DNA of 64,000 nucleotides from Entomortierella parvispora E1425 (GCA_020891255.1 BQFW01000015.1:62001-126000); one strand, 5' to 3'; shown: positions 1-13,415, numbered from the stretch's first letter. Numbers and translations: made by a program. The notes: generated by a model from the letters alone, not told the origin.

Positions 1-638
1 CTGTGCCGTGATATGGCAGTATCCTTTTGAAAAAAGGCCCCAGTCTTTTCTTCTGGTAAGCCTCGGCTTCTTTTGAATCAACAACAAAGTCGCTAGTACG
101 GTGATGTTGGAGGTTGTTGAGAATGACTGCTAATTCCTGATCGATATGACCCTGCGGAACACACTTGAGCGGAGGAGTGGAGGGACGGGGAGGAACAAGA
201 ACATGCGCATGGGCTACGTCAGCGTAATCAGATAAATGGGTTCTTAGTCAATAGTCAAGGTCCACTTTCATTAGTCGTCACATGATGACCACAGCACGAG
301 CAACAATTAGAGAAAGGCAAAGCTGCATTACCTGGTGGTTTTTGGACGAGGATATAGGTATCATCTGCATCAAGTGCAAGACCGGAGACAAACTCCCGTG
401 AATCAAGCTTCATTTTTTCGGGTAGCTTCTCGAAATCAAGTATGCTCTTCTTGTCAACGTCATGGGGCATGGTCCATTTGTAAAGGATGAGATCAATTGA
501 GCGTGTTTTTTTAAGATCCAAAATCTTGTTGATGGCCCTCTTGAGGTCATCAACGGTGGGATGAGGTTCGGTAGGAATGACCGAGAAGGATTCATCAAGG
601 GCTCTTCCATCGTCGATGCACCAGTATGTTCGTTCCAT
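1..638 (-). CDS. Crinkler (CRN)-family effector-like protein, 3' end truncated by the window edge; exons 638-332 and 213-<1
   Basis: The N-terminus YWCIDDG...SFSV...TVDDLKRAI...LILYKW...YILVQKPP matches the CRN ubiquitin-like domain ending in an HVLVxxP-type motif. A CCAG|GTAATG donor at 331 and a CTGACGTAG acceptor give a phase-1 join to an exon that stays open to base 1 (AHAHVLVPPRPSTPPLK...LGPFFKRILPYHGT). Confidence 0.8.
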
Positions 639-929
639 CGTAACGAGAGGTGATGAAAGTGGAAAGTGGTGAAGAGTCCGCAGTCAGAAAAGCGCGACGT
701 GCATGGTCAGTATGATGCACGCAGATCACGCGATTCTCATCGCTGTGATTTACTTCGGTGATATCATTCACGCGCCCATTGTGTGAAAGTCGGGCGCATG
801 CAAAATGGAAAAAAAAAGTCATGTGCGTATGGGTCTGTGTCCAGCAGGACAAGTCAGCTTGGACATTTGTCAACGTGTTTTTATTTTTTTTTGTTTTTTT
901 GTTCCCTCTGCTGCTGAAGCTGAAGGCAA

Positions 930-1440
930 GTCGAGGACAAGCGGGTTTCCATTAAAATTTAAATCATTAATCCGACCATGAACGAATGCTGAATTTACCT
1001 CAATAGCCTCTTCCTGCGCGCTCAACCATCGATCGCACCCTACCATTAGACATGTATCTGTGCTGCTTCCCTCAGTGATCCAGGGATTGAAGAGAAGGAT
1101 ACGCACGACAAGGATTACTGAGCAGGCTATCCTCTCATTAGGCAAGAAAGATAGAGGCTACGACTGAGAGGTGCATCAAGAGAACAACAATTATTTCTTT
1201 CGAGTTTCGTGGAACTTCCTAACTCCGGCGCCTTCCAAGTTTTTCGAAAATATAACCGCAAAACAGGATCGTGTATTTTCCCTTCCTCGCTGTCCTTGCC
1301 CTACTTGTGGCACTCGCCTGCCTCAAGATGAAACGATCTTGATTTAGGCAGTGGTGCTCCAACAGAGAAAGAGGCCACGAAATCTAGAAGAGGACAAAAT
1401 AGAGGAACATTTGGGTTAGGCAGTCTATCAACAGAAGACT
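930..1440. repeat. Degenerate duplicated segment, homologous to 7128-7497
   Basis: Shared colinear blocks: aggacaagcgggt, gaatgctga, catgtat-tgtgctg, caagatgaaa, agtggtgctcc, acatttgggttaggcag. Confidence 0.75.
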
Positions 1441-2460
1441 CTAGTCAGTCAGCAAGGCGTGATGATCTATCGATATCTATCGCGGTAGTCCATAAAGCGG
1501 GATTCAAGGATGTGGAGGGGAGCGAGGAAGACAAAGGTCGATGCTGAACCCACAAAAAAAAAAGCGTGCAGGTCCAGGCAGGCATGGTCTCTTTATTTCC
1601 CTGCAGAGTAGGAAATAACGACAGCAGCTCGCACCAAGCTGATGCTTCTGATGCCTCTTTCCGTCTCCCTCCAACACGCATCGGAGGCCCACACATCGTC
1701 CTCTTGGTCCTCCTTCTTCCACGCCATTAACTTGTTGCTTTGTTTCGTGGAAAGCCAGCCATCCCTGTCGAAACGCACTCTGCCATTACAATTGGACTCT
1801 CAATTTTTCAATCATTTTGTCAAGAAAATCAACAGACTTGCAAGCCTCGAACACATATACCCACATATGCCCTTGCTCTGGTACCTCTCCAATCCTGATG
1901 CCAATCAGGGCTCAATCAATCAAAAATCAACGCCCTTGGAGTGAAGACCAAGCTGAGCAAACAGACGAATGTTTCCCGAGAATCTCGACTCCATTGCCCA
2001 AGGACCACCATCAGGTAATGTCTGCATTTTTCGTTAATACTGCGAAAAGTCTTGTACATGCGCTCATATATACTACTCTTGCTTCTAGGCGTAATGGTTG
2101 GGTATCAGTGCGTCAACGTAACCGTGGCAGCAGCGCTCAGTCCAATGTCCGCACTCCAGTATCTGCCCTTCTCTCTCCAAGGTCTCCCAGCTTCCCCTTC
2201 TATATACTCAGATGTATCTGGTAAGACAATTGCGCGTGTCCTTCTTAGGTGCACCTATTACCGTTTACTCATCTCTTCAAAATAGTTGCATATTGACTAC
2301 CATAGCAACAGGAGTTATTGTGTGGGGCGGGATCTCTGGGGCAGGATCTCTGAAGCAGGGAAGCGCGGACAAGTGATGGCTCAAGTGGCTCCATCGCCAC
2401 TGTTTTAGGCTTGCCAAACTCTGCACATTCTAGAACTCAAGAAGAGGTGCGGATGACATC

Positions 2461-3454
2461 CTGACCAACTCTCTGTGGGACCATCAACGTCCCGAGATGC
2501 AGCCGAAAATATGAGGCCTTTACGTCAAAGCCAGTAAGAAGGATCCCGGATTGAACGACATGCTCGCCGTTATACGTGCCTTGACAGATACCCCAAACAT
2601 CTGTTCAAAGAAGAACAGACAACAAATCGCAGACCGCGTGCGAGATTGGACTTTCGTATTTGCGGGTTTTGATTCTGCAGTGCAGAGTGCGCATTCACCG
2701 GATTCTCGTGCGGAAGGCGGACAGTCCTGCGCAGCACCAGCCTTCCTGTATGTGTTTGAGGGCCTTTTCAAGGATATCAGACTGGCGGCTCACGATTTCC
2801 GATTCGTGGATGGAACCTCAATATCAGCAACCCTGTGCGTGGACTTGCATGAAAGAGACACTAGGCGACTTCTTAAATATGCACCACAGGCATGGCCCCG
2901 TTTATTTTGATTATGGATGATGTTCAAGTGCTGGGAAGGCTCCCGATGGACTGCCTCTCAACTTTGACCATACAACCGTTCAGCCCATATTGGTTGAACT
3001 CCACTATTCCAGCTCGCGAGAAGGACCTAATGGCTCTTCATTAGGTACCAAATTTTTAGAAAATGAACTTGAGACTGCAAAGACCGCCAGTATGGTTTGC
3101 TGACTTTCTGGATGCACGAATAGCAAAATATGTCAGATCAGGATCGACCACTGGACTTTGGAGCAAGGGCTCGGCTCGCCAGTCTTCTTCATCAGAATGT
3201 GGTCGAAAGGCTCTATTGCGACTTGCGTCGCCGATTCCGCCAGTCGTATACATTTTGAAAACTTGCCTTGGAACAACGATCCGACAACGTGGATGAAGCG
3301 CCTCAACAACTTTGTATATCGAATGATAGCCATACATGACAAGGAACTCATCCACGATGACCTCTGTGCCAAACTCGTCGGTCTCCCTCGACCGATTCCA
3401 ATGTATGAAGGACATATTAGCTTTTATCATTCAGGGCGGGCTCTGGACGTATAA
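2461..3454 (+). pseudogene. Probable protein-kinase-like gene relic with in-frame stops
   Basis: WMKRLNNFVYRMIAIHDKELIHDDL resembles the kinase subdomain VIa/VIb pattern (L..IH...LIH.DL). Flanking frames are broken by stops, and no DFG or APE motif was found. Confidence 0.35.
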
Positions 3455-3493
3455 GTACGGGCTCTGGACGTATATGTAAGGGCTCTGGAGTAG
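3438..3493. repeat. 21-bp tandem repeat, about 2.6 copies (gggctctggacgtat...)
   Basis: Copies start at 3438, 3459 and 3480. Confidence 0.85.
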
Positions 3494-4871
3494 GTGGCGG
3501 TTGCATTTGACCTGATTCGAGGATGCATGGACTCAGGCTACTCAGTAAGTGATCCATGGGTGGTCATACTCATGGTAGCAGACCTTTTTTTTTTTTTTTT
3601 TGGAGAACGGATCCTGAGTACTTTCGGCTTGGCACCAGCGTTACATACAAGCAACATATCCTCAGGAAGCTGCTCGTAGGAGGAATCGGGAATTCATTGT
3701 ACCTGCAAACTTGAAAGGGATACTCCGTGACAAGATCGTCTAAAAGGACATTTCCAACGGCGCGATGCATCTACAAGAGATGCCCCTACGCCAATCAGAC
3801 ATCATTGGATATGGAAGCACAATACGGGACCCAGGCACTAAGTCGTGAGCTTGGGACAGCTTCTGGATATTCATTTTTTCTGTCATGATTTCGGGAAAAA
3901 TGGAGCTATTGCGCAGTTGCTCTCTCCTAAGGTATGTAGGTCTCATCACACGCGCGTCCCTGCTGGGTGAGCTGATTCTGAGTTAAGCAGCGGTACCATA
4001 ATCATCAAAGGAAGGGATGGAGGTACGTTTGGGTGTTCGGTAGCAGCGATTCAGTAGAGGGAACCTGCTGAAGGTGGATGAGTGCTGGGGCCATGTCTGC
4101 CTTGCCACCTTGCCCTTCCGCGGCCAGAAGACTATTCCACCAAATGTGCCAGCATTGCTCCACCAAGGTGCCTTGTGGACTTGAGTTGAGCTTTTGACTG
4201 CCAGGATCCTTTTTGGTGTGATCCGTCTTGCCGCCAAAAAAAATCTGTCAAGCCGAGCCGCTGCATGTCGTTGCATGTTGTTGCATCACGACTTCATCCT
4301 AGCCCTTCCGTTCAAGCTGATTCTCTTTGGTCGGCCCCCTCTCGCTCGCTCAGCCTAAAACCCACTTGTGGATCGTGGTCCTTAGGCGTGGGGTGGACTT
4401 TGTTACCGCTGTTCCAGTCGTCTCCCATGGTTGCTGGCTGTATCCCATCCAGAAAGCCCATTGCATGCCGTGGCACTTCAATTCCATTCTGGAACCCTGC
4501 ATGAAGTTGAACTCCTCGATCCCCGCCAATTCGTCCCGGGACTGAGGGGGGGAACTGTCTCTTGCAACTCGCCCTCCTGTGGGTCTTGAGTCCAGGAGGC
4601 GAGTGGTGGCCCTGTTGCTACCTACGTCCTATTCCGCCAAGCTCTTTTGCATGTCGCTTCCTGTCAACTTCCTGTTCCTGGGGTTGGCCTTGCACTGTTA
4701 GTTGGGCCTGTTGCAGGCGTGTGATGTATCCGAGATGAACCCAATGTTGAATCGGATAGAAGTCGAATGGAATAAAAGTCTATGCATATTATTACTGAAT
4801 GCGAAGCCGATTCCGGATCGAATCTCAAATCTCGAATATTTGAGGATACCTGCTGCTGTCGACTCAAGCTG

Positions 4872-5023
4872 CACGGCGTGAAAGCCATATTTTTTGCATG
4901 TGCTAGAACCAATCTGTAGAAAAGACTGCTGTTGGAGACCCAGGATACACGGTGTGAAAGCCAATTTTTTACATGCGCTGGAGCCAATCTGTAGAAAAGA
5001 CCGCTGTGGGAGACCCTGGATGC
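4872..5023. repeat. 75-76 bp imperfect tandem duplication
   Basis: cacgg.gtgaaagcca...aatctgtagaaaagac.gctgt.ggagacc starts at 4872 and again at 4948. Confidence 0.85.
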
Positions 5024-5813
5024 AGTGCCAATCTCCGGGTTCGGCATCATCAGATAACTGCAACTGAGGACTATTATGAGCCAAGGTACCAGGGTCCCGG
5101 GACCTGACCTTGCCACCGAAAAGGTGCTCCAAATGACCCTAAAAACATTAAGTCGACCCCACGCCACTATCCTTGCAGGGGTTTAGCACAGGGGGCCCCC
5201 TTTGATGTCATGACCGGATTCCGACGAGGAGGAGGCTGGACAGGACCAGGGTCTTGGATTCCGGCTCAGTGTGGAGCAGGAGCAAGTGCTAAGGCCCAAC
5301 ATGGGCTATATTTATCTTGGCTATATGTTGTCACGGGCGCAGCTGGCACAGGAAAGTCGGAGTGTTGAATGAGCTCTACGGGCATGGGCAACAGGGACAA
5401 CAGACAAGGGACAAGCGACAGCGGCTGAGACCGACAACAGCTGCGACAAACGAGCCCGATCGGTCCAAGCGGACAACAAAAAAAAACGATGACAGGTCCT
5501 TTTTTTTGGCGGTGGCCGCTGCAAAAGGATATTCTTGCCACTGGGACAGAGAGTACTGACGAGTATGCAAACAGTGCGTGATCCGAAGTGGTACATATTC
5601 AAATGAGGATCTCGGTGAAGCCGATTTCATTTAATCAAAGCGAAGGCGAAGAACCAAGCGGAGAACAAGGGGCGAAGAAGATGTGAGAGGAAGAAGTGGA
5701 CGCGCGCGAGACGCGAAGAGAAGCCTGGACGAAGTGCCAGCCACATGACCCGACTTCTTGTCCGCAATAAACCTTTCTCGACATGCCTTCCCTCCCTTTC
5801 CTTCCCACATCGT

Positions 5814-5894
5814 CCGTTGTCTTCCCATGCCTTCCATACTCCGTTGTCTTCCCATGCCTTCCATACTCCGCTGTCTTCCCATGCTTTCCAAGCC
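5814..5894. repeat. 27-bp minisatellite, 3 copies (ccgttgtcttcccatgccttccatact)
   Basis: Copies start at 5814, 5841 and 5868; the third is diverged. Confidence 0.9.
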
Positions 5895-6224
5895 GTCTAT
5901 TGTCTTCCTGTGCCTCCTAATGCCTTCATCAGTTCCATAGCAGACCATTTATCGTTTCTCAATCTTCATCCTTGCACCTGACTCAAGGACCCAATTCGAG
6001 CCCTCACCTTGCACGAAATGAATGCCTCGCCAACAAAACGGCCATTCCAGCTTGTTGAAAGCCTGCCTGCTCAAGAGATTGTTTTCGAATTCATCAGGAA
6101 GAATAGAAGGAAGAGATTAGAGGAACAAGATGAAACAAGAGACGAGCAAGAGAGAAGAGAAGAGAAGAGCAAGAAGGAAGAGAGGGAGTTCTGGAAAGAG
6201 AGACGGCCAAGAGAGAAAAGAAGA

Positions 6225-7135
6225 AAAGAGACGATCATCCAGAACGATCAGTCCATGCGACAATATACATAAAGAGGGGAGGAAAGGTCCTTGGTTTTTC
6301 CTTTTTTTCAAGCAGCGGCAAACTGTTCCTCCAAGAGTTACTCCTTCCTTGGATCATGGATGGACATGTCCACCCCGATGCGAAGAGAGTTGCCATAGTC
6401 GGCAGCGCAACATCTTCTGGGTCTCTTCGTTGGTTGCGCCGCAGGGAGAGGGCTGGATAACGCGTCTGAACATGAGTACATTGGTCGACAAAAAAAAATT
6501 GAAGTATCCTCTGCAGCTGGAGCTCAAATACAATTGTTTCCAACAAGTCAAGGTCGAGTTAGCATCCATCAGTCCAGCCATGAATGAATGCTGTAAATGG
6601 AAGAGAAAAGAGGAATGAAAGAGACGAGATGATAAGCACAAGAAGGCAGGAGACAAAGAGAGATAGAGGGCGGGGGGAGAGAAAAAGAGACCAGTTCACT
6701 CCCAGCACCGCACTCGACAATGGTCTTGGGATGATTGTCGAGGCGGAAGGGAAAAGAAGACAGGGACAAGAGGGAAGAGATGAGAGGGGGCAACAAGGAG
6801 GAGCAAGAGAGAAAGGACAGAGCAGAGAGGGGAAGACGAGCAAGAAGGAAGGACGTCCAGGAACGATCAGTCCACGCGAGCAACAAACAAAAATCGTGGT
6901 GCAACGTGCCTTTTTATTGTGCCAGCAGCAGCAAAGTGCGCCTCCAAGCTACTTCCTTGGATGAACATGTGCAACCTGACGTAGGCATGCGGAGATCATT
7001 GCCACACCAGGTCGAGTAACGTCTTCCTCCAAGTCCCTTCGTCCTGTTACGCTTTGGAAAGGACTGGATTCAAGCGAGTTCCGCGCACCAGTTCCTGTGC
7101 AGTCAGCAGGAATTTGTTTCCAACAAGTCAAGGAC
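6225..7135. repeat. Degenerate tandem duplication (6225-6560 versus 6850-7135)
   Basis: Colinear shared blocks: gaacgatcagtcca, cttccttggat, and ttgtttccaacaagtcaagg. Confidence 0.65.
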
Positions 7136-7497
7136 AAGCGGGTCTCCACTGACCGTGAAAGAATGCTGAGAATCCACCTCCATAGCGTCTTCTTGCGAGC
7201 TCACCCATCAGTCGCATCCTTACATGTATTTGTGCTGATTGCCCCTGTGATCAGGGGATTAAGAATCGCACGACGAAGACTATTAGATTCTTACCAGGCA
7301 AGAAGGATGAACGTCAAGAGCAGATCAACGCAACACAGGATCATGCACCTTTCCTCTCCTGTTTTTCCTTACCTGTGGCACACGCATGCCCCAAGATGAA
7401 ATAGTCTTAATTCAGAAAGTGGTGCTCCATTAGAGAAAGCCGAGGAGAGGATAAAATAAAGGTACATTTGGGTTAGGCAGCCCATCAACAGCAGAGA
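7128..7497. repeat. Degenerate duplicated segment, homologous to 930-1440
   Basis: Same colinear blocks as listed for 930-1440. Confidence 0.75.
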
Positions 7498-9755
7498 TGG
7501 GTTTCACATGAAAGGCGGTACATCAACAACCAAGACTGTAAACCAAAGATAAGCGGCCGAACATGGTTGAAATCGATGGGTATGTAGAATAAAAAATGGT
7601 CGCACAACCCGCACATTGACCCACACTTGGACTCGCACTATGGCACCCACTGTACCTTAATTGCAGACGTGAGCGAGTGTTGCCGATCAATGCATGCTGT
7701 TGATGGCGATTGCTCCTGCAACATTCTCCAGCCGATGATGTTGGTTTGGTTCCAGCTGGAAAGAAGTGCATCCTTTTCGTGTTTTCATTGGTTGTTGACA
7801 TGCTCTGTATTGACTCGCTCTTTGTCCATTTGCTTTAGAGAGGCGCTTGTCTTTGGTGGTCTTTGCTTCACGTTCAGAGAGAAAAAAAAAGCTCTTAGTT
7901 TGAACAATGGGCACAGGTTGTCTCCGGTATCTATTTTTCAATTCACTTATAAAAGTGCCTTCATGTCGGCACAGACTCTCTGGATTCAATCGCTCCTTCA
8001 GACATATCGGCGAGGCTGTTGTGATCATAGTCTCCATCGAAATCATGTAGCAGCATGGCCATGGTACTATCAAATATAAGTGGGAGGTGGATGATTGAGT
8101 AACAGTTCCTGGATATCATATTTTTGCTTCCTGCAGCTGGTCCGGATATTGCCGATGGCCGTCCTCATCATTGCTGACTCCAAGCTTTGCCAAAGATGTT
8201 GAATTGCTGTCTTATCGAAGGTCTAGAGTTTACATGCTCAACTTACGTCGAACCGAACCATCCCAAACTGTATGTCGTCGTCCATTTCTTGAGCGCTGAG
8301 GGGAGACAGGAAAGAAATCTAGAGATGGTGGAGCAAGCGCCAACGTTGATGGTGACAGTTCTTCCACTTTGAAAGCGCCTCCTACCTTTTTTCCATTCCT
8401 ACTCCGCCTTTCTTCGGTCGAACTATTGAAGTTGCTTCCGCCTCATATGTGAAATGAATGGACCCGGGATGCAAGGAGTGATTCATGAAAGACAAGGAAA
8501 TATCGAAACCAAACGAGAGGTGATCCTTGCAAACATCCTGTCATGTAATTACTCCATCAGATTCTCCTCGGATTGCCCCAATTGTTGAACTAGGACGAGA
8601 AACCCACGTTCATTCATTGCTCCTGTTTTACCAACACGCCTCTCCCGCTGGGGGTGCGTCTGGTTGAGATGATTCGGTTTGATTGACGAAAGCCAGCCAC
8701 ATTTCCTCTGAGAACAGCAACTCAAGCATCCTGTCGGTCGTTGGTGATGGTAGCGATTCCTCGAACCGGATGAAGAGGAGAAGGAGATGAGGAAAAAGGA
8801 AATGCTGCCACGCGATTCCGACACGAGCACCCCGCGGCCGAGATGCTGCCAAGCCACCAGGGACCATGGGCGTTTTTTTTTGTCTTTTTTGCATTTCGTT
8901 TTCCCCACTGCAAATCCACTCTCCTGCCTCCTCTCATCCTGCCCTCTTACTCGTTTTCTTTCCTGTCTGCCATAGCTTTGAGCCCTTCTCCCAACTTGAA
9001 TCTGCTTTGATGTTGTCCCCTCCTCAATTGTACGGCAACCCGTCGGACATCTGAGGGCTTCATGTCAGGACCATTCGAAGGAAGCAAGTCTTTAATGTCC
9101 ACAGAATGACCCGCCGGTCTATCTGCACGTAGTGAAGATACCTCCTCTTGATAAAAGGCTGGTGTAGGTAATACCTACTCCGACAGAGAGGGTCATGCTG
9201 AGGAAGTAGGCAGAAAACATAAAACTCAACTTCTCCGTTTTCTTTAGAGAAAGACTGGCGAAGGGCGAGCAGGACTCTGTCTGACATGGATCTCAGGAAG
9301 ACTGCTATCAGAGAAGCATGGATTCTTTAGAAGCAGGCATCAACAACTACATCTGCAACAGGAATGTGTAGGAACTTGGACTTTGAGCCCGGCGTGAGGA
9401 AAAAAGCGTTTTGGTCTTCATCTCTTCAGCATCTTTGCATTCCTTCGGTTTTCGTTTCTCTGTGCCCCCCTCCCCCCACTTCCTCAATTGCACCAGCCCT
9501 ACGACGAAGACCTGGGTCAAAGACTCTATGAGAGGCAATCATAAACAAGCTTGTTTTATTGCCACTCTTAATCACGATAAACAAGGGTGATTTTCTCCGA
9601 GTATGGTGAAGTTTTATATGAAGAATTGAAAAATTTGTAGTTTCGTTGTAGAAGGCTGATAGAAATACAGAAGATGACAACTATATGCGTTTTTAGAGGG
9701 GTATATGAAACTCGCCCACCACCGAAAGAAAAAGGTCAGAACTATCCTTTTCCCT

Positions 9756-11083
9756 TTAAGCCCACTTTCCAACAACAGCCATCGCAGCAGCTCCCAGCCA
9801 CAAGGCAACGAACTGTGTGACCTGGTCTTTAGTGGACATGTCTCTGAAATTCTTGTTACCATTCATCTCCGAGGCAATCAATTGCACCAAGGCCGTGTAC
9901 AACAAGATGCCCGCGGAGCAGGAATCAAATGTTCCCTGAACGATCAAAGCTGTGACAGAACCACCGTTGTAGGATTCACGAATACCGATTCCGAGGGCGA
10001 CACCCAAGGGGGTCGAGAATGTAAACCACATGGCCAAAAGCCAAGGCATCACTTCGCGGGGAGAGAACTTGAGCGCGGCAATTCGACCACCAAGAGCGAC
10101 ACCCTCAAAGAACTGGTGGAAGATCAAGGCAATGACCAAGGAGATAAATGCGGAGCCGACGGTTGTAGCGAGGGAGATACCAATAATGACAGAGTGCATG
10201 GCAATACCAAGCTCGAGAATGTAGGTTGCAATCACCCGCGACGGACGATCGGAATCAGTCTTGGATACAACGACAACGTCCTCGTCCAGGGAAGCCATGC
10301 CGGATTCCATGACCTTTTCGTTAGCGGCAGTCTGCTTGCGAGTAGCCTTGTTCACCAAGAGAATCTCGCCACCGTGAACATGTCCGACATGCAAACAGTT
10401 ATCATCAGGCACGGTGTTAGGCTTATGGCGCTCCTCCTCCAAACTCCCACTGTCACCCTTATTATCATGATGATCTCCGTGAGAGTGTCCTTGACCAAAC
10501 CTGGCGTTTCTTTCCTCTGCCACCTCACGTTCACGGTTGTAGACACGTTGGGTAGCACAGAATTCCAACAGGTGCAAGAATAGAGCGGCCGTCATGGCAA
10601 TGAAGCCAGGCCAATTGTTCGAGTAGCCCGCATCTTGAAACTCCCATGGCAGAGAAGGGTCAGTGAGGGCTTGGAAGGCATCGGGTAACATGTGGATGAA
10701 GGCAGTAGCGAGGATGACACCGGAACCGAAGGTGCGGGCGATTGAAATGACATAGGCGATGCGTTTGGTGGTCTCTTCTTTGAAGTTGGTCAGACTGAAG
10801 AGGAGAGGGAGGAGGACTGAGATAGAGCGAGAATAGAAGAGATAAGTGTCAGAGAGGGGAGAGAATCGATAAAGATAAAAGAGAGGGGACAGGGGAGAGA
10901 ACAGAGAGGACGTTAGACTAGGAGGCACAGAGGAGGTCATGGTTTAGTCGAATATGAAAAGGTCAGGTCGAGTAACATACCTCCGGCTCCAGAAGCAGCC
11001 ATGTTGATGAACAAGGCACCGATGTGCATTGGCATATCATATTGCGCATTAAAGTCGCTTGTGGAGGTGGCATTGGAAGACAT
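9756..11083 (-). CDS. ZRT1: ZIP-family zinc/iron transporter (Zrt1-like), 387 aa; exons 11083-10981 and 10816-9756
   Basis: Motifs FGSGVILATAFIHMLPDAF, a His-rich loop HSHGDHH..HVGHVHG, ILELGIAMHSVIIG and FHQFFEGVALG. The GT-AG intron gives a 1164-nt frame. Confidence 0.95.
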
Positions 11084-13415
11084 GATGACGAGGACGATGA
11101 CAAGGAAAGAGAGCTAAAACGTTTATATTGAAGGTGTGGAGTGATGCCCTATGGGTCCTTTTTTTGATTGCAGAGTGACAAAAGCAATAAAGAAGGGGTG
11201 GGGAGGGAGGGAGGACCTTGGTGGGGATGTAAACAAAGGGGATTCCGTCTCTTTTTATACTTGTGGGCAATAAGGTACTCTTTATTTTATTTTGCGCTCC
11301 GATTTTGCGGCCAACAGGATGTGTGAAAGAGCGAACAGAAAAGACCCCTTCTATTGTGAGCAACGGACGGAACCCGCAACGGACCGCCCTAGAGTCCGTT
11401 GACTTGCATTCCATTTTGAAAGTTCTAAGGAAGTCATGTACAGAGTCGTGCGCTTGTGGAGATTCACTGATCTTTATTCCGGAGATTTACAAAACGTGCA
11501 AGGCAAGATGTGGTGTAACGACGGTAGCGAGCCTTCAGATCCCACTCATGCCCTCAATAGAGAGCTCAACCTGTACCTTCTTCCTTGCGTTCATCTCGTT
11601 ATTCTTTTCAAAGTACAGGGTAAGATATGCCTTCAACGCCTTCGCCTTCCTCATTATAGGTCCGCCACATTCTCCCTCCGAAATGCAGCAGCCCCACCTT
11701 CAGCTGATCATTTTAGGAAATCATTGTCCAACAGATTGCGGCCCATGAGGTACACATCAGTTTTAGACGTTTTTCGCAAACCGAAAACCACACCCCGCCC
11801 AATTTTACGTAAATAATCAAATAAAGAGGTTGGGTCATCAATTTAGCGAGGTTGAACTCTGCCCATGTACCTCCCAAGCCATGGCCAGCAGGGTACACCC
11901 CTCTGGATCACCTCCAGTGGCGGCATTGCGCTGGGTTGCAAACATGTCGCCATTGGGCGCACTGTTGATTCGTAGTTGTGTACCCTACTGGTCACAACGA
12001 CCATCTTGCATCGCTTGAGGAACATAGAGGTACACGTTGTGTGCCCTCCAGGCTCTCCCCTGCGTGCATCCCCTCTATTTCTCGTGCCCCCTCGTGGCCG
12101 AGGACCCATCCAGAGTAGATCATCCTTCTACTTTTCAATCTCCTCCCTGGGTCGTGTTACCATCTATATTTTTTTTCCGCGAAGCCTTCCCTGTTTGGTT
12201 ACAACTCACCGCGCCCAAGGTGAACGTCCTTTCGGAAAAAGTTCCATTTGGGAAACGCTCATTCTTGCGACGAACATGTAATCAAGCGTTTGTTTCGAAA
12301 GCTGCTCTAGGCCCCCCCGTTTCTTCTTCGATCGAGATGGATTTGTACTTTATCACAGATAAACAACGTTTTCTCATCATGCAAAGTGGAGCACCCTTAT
12401 TTTGTTCATCTTTCCAAAGCTCGAGATCATCTCTTCAACAGCGCCGCACTAGCACAGAAAACTGCCGAAGGCAATTGAATCGCCGGACTTGGTTGTCTGA
12501 GTCCCATCTTTGGACACGCGGGACACCAATCCATCCGGCACAACTACTGTAGAGCAAAAGAGTGACATGTACATGTACATCTACCGTGCACAGTCATGGG
12601 CCGGAAATACAGTAACGGTACATACACGACCTCCATGCATGTCCACAGCAGGAGATTTGGGGTATAGATGAAGTGAAAATAACACAAGACTTGATTCATC
12701 CGGCTCATAATAATGATCCGAACATGGTCGCATCCTTCCTTTTCGTTTCAGCCCATTCTAATGATCAGTAGACTACTCGATGACAAAGACAGTGACACGA
12801 AATCTCCACATACTGTACGACACCACACCCTGCAATCAGCACGTGTGGACAGTTTATGACCCCCGATCTCTCTCTAGGAAAATATTTGCGATCCGAAGGG
12901 TCCAGACCTCCTGTGCAGTAGATCAAAACTGCTAGAAGAGATGCTCCAATCAACACGACATGGTGACTTTTCTAGTTTGGACCACCATGCAAGTATGGGC
13001 GGTGCTATCAGAGCTCCCAATGTTACCTGCTGCATCCATTTTGTCCCCCAGCATCCAACTTTCACCCTCTTTCTTCCGGAGCGAAATCTACAGAGCCATC
13101 CTTCAGTTGATCAGGCGCTTTATCTTTGCCGTTGAAGATGGAACTGCTGCGGCCGCACCACAATTTCGTCCACCTCCAACTTTTTTGTTTTTGGTGGCCG
13201 TGTGTTCATAACAAAATGAAGCGGGTTACAGGTCACACTGTGCTCAGCTCAATTTTCTTTTATTTTCTGTTAGACAATCTCCCCTTGTTTTTCATGTTGG
13301 AGAATACGACGGTTCAGAACACGTGTAGGCCTGGGCGATCGTGTTTCCGCCCCCACACACTTGGCAGATGATTTACCATCTGACGGCAGAGAGGCAGTGG
13401 GATGCCATCTTTCCT

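Noticed and set aside
7950-9300. Protein-like fragments (AIQHLWQSLESAM; RVAVQLRRGQHQSRFKLGEGL) suggesting a transposase
   Set aside because: No DDE triad, terminal inverted repeats or target-site duplication were seen, and the frames are too broken to assign.
9705-10583. 292-aa plus-strand ORF and similar long antisense ORFs over AIFM1, MDH and GCD7
   Set aside because: These are shadow ORFs produced by codon bias on the opposite coding strand.
12765-12956. Cys-containing minus-strand ORF near the secreted peptide gene
   Set aside because: It has no in-frame ATG and its Cys spacing does not match the CPNYC module.
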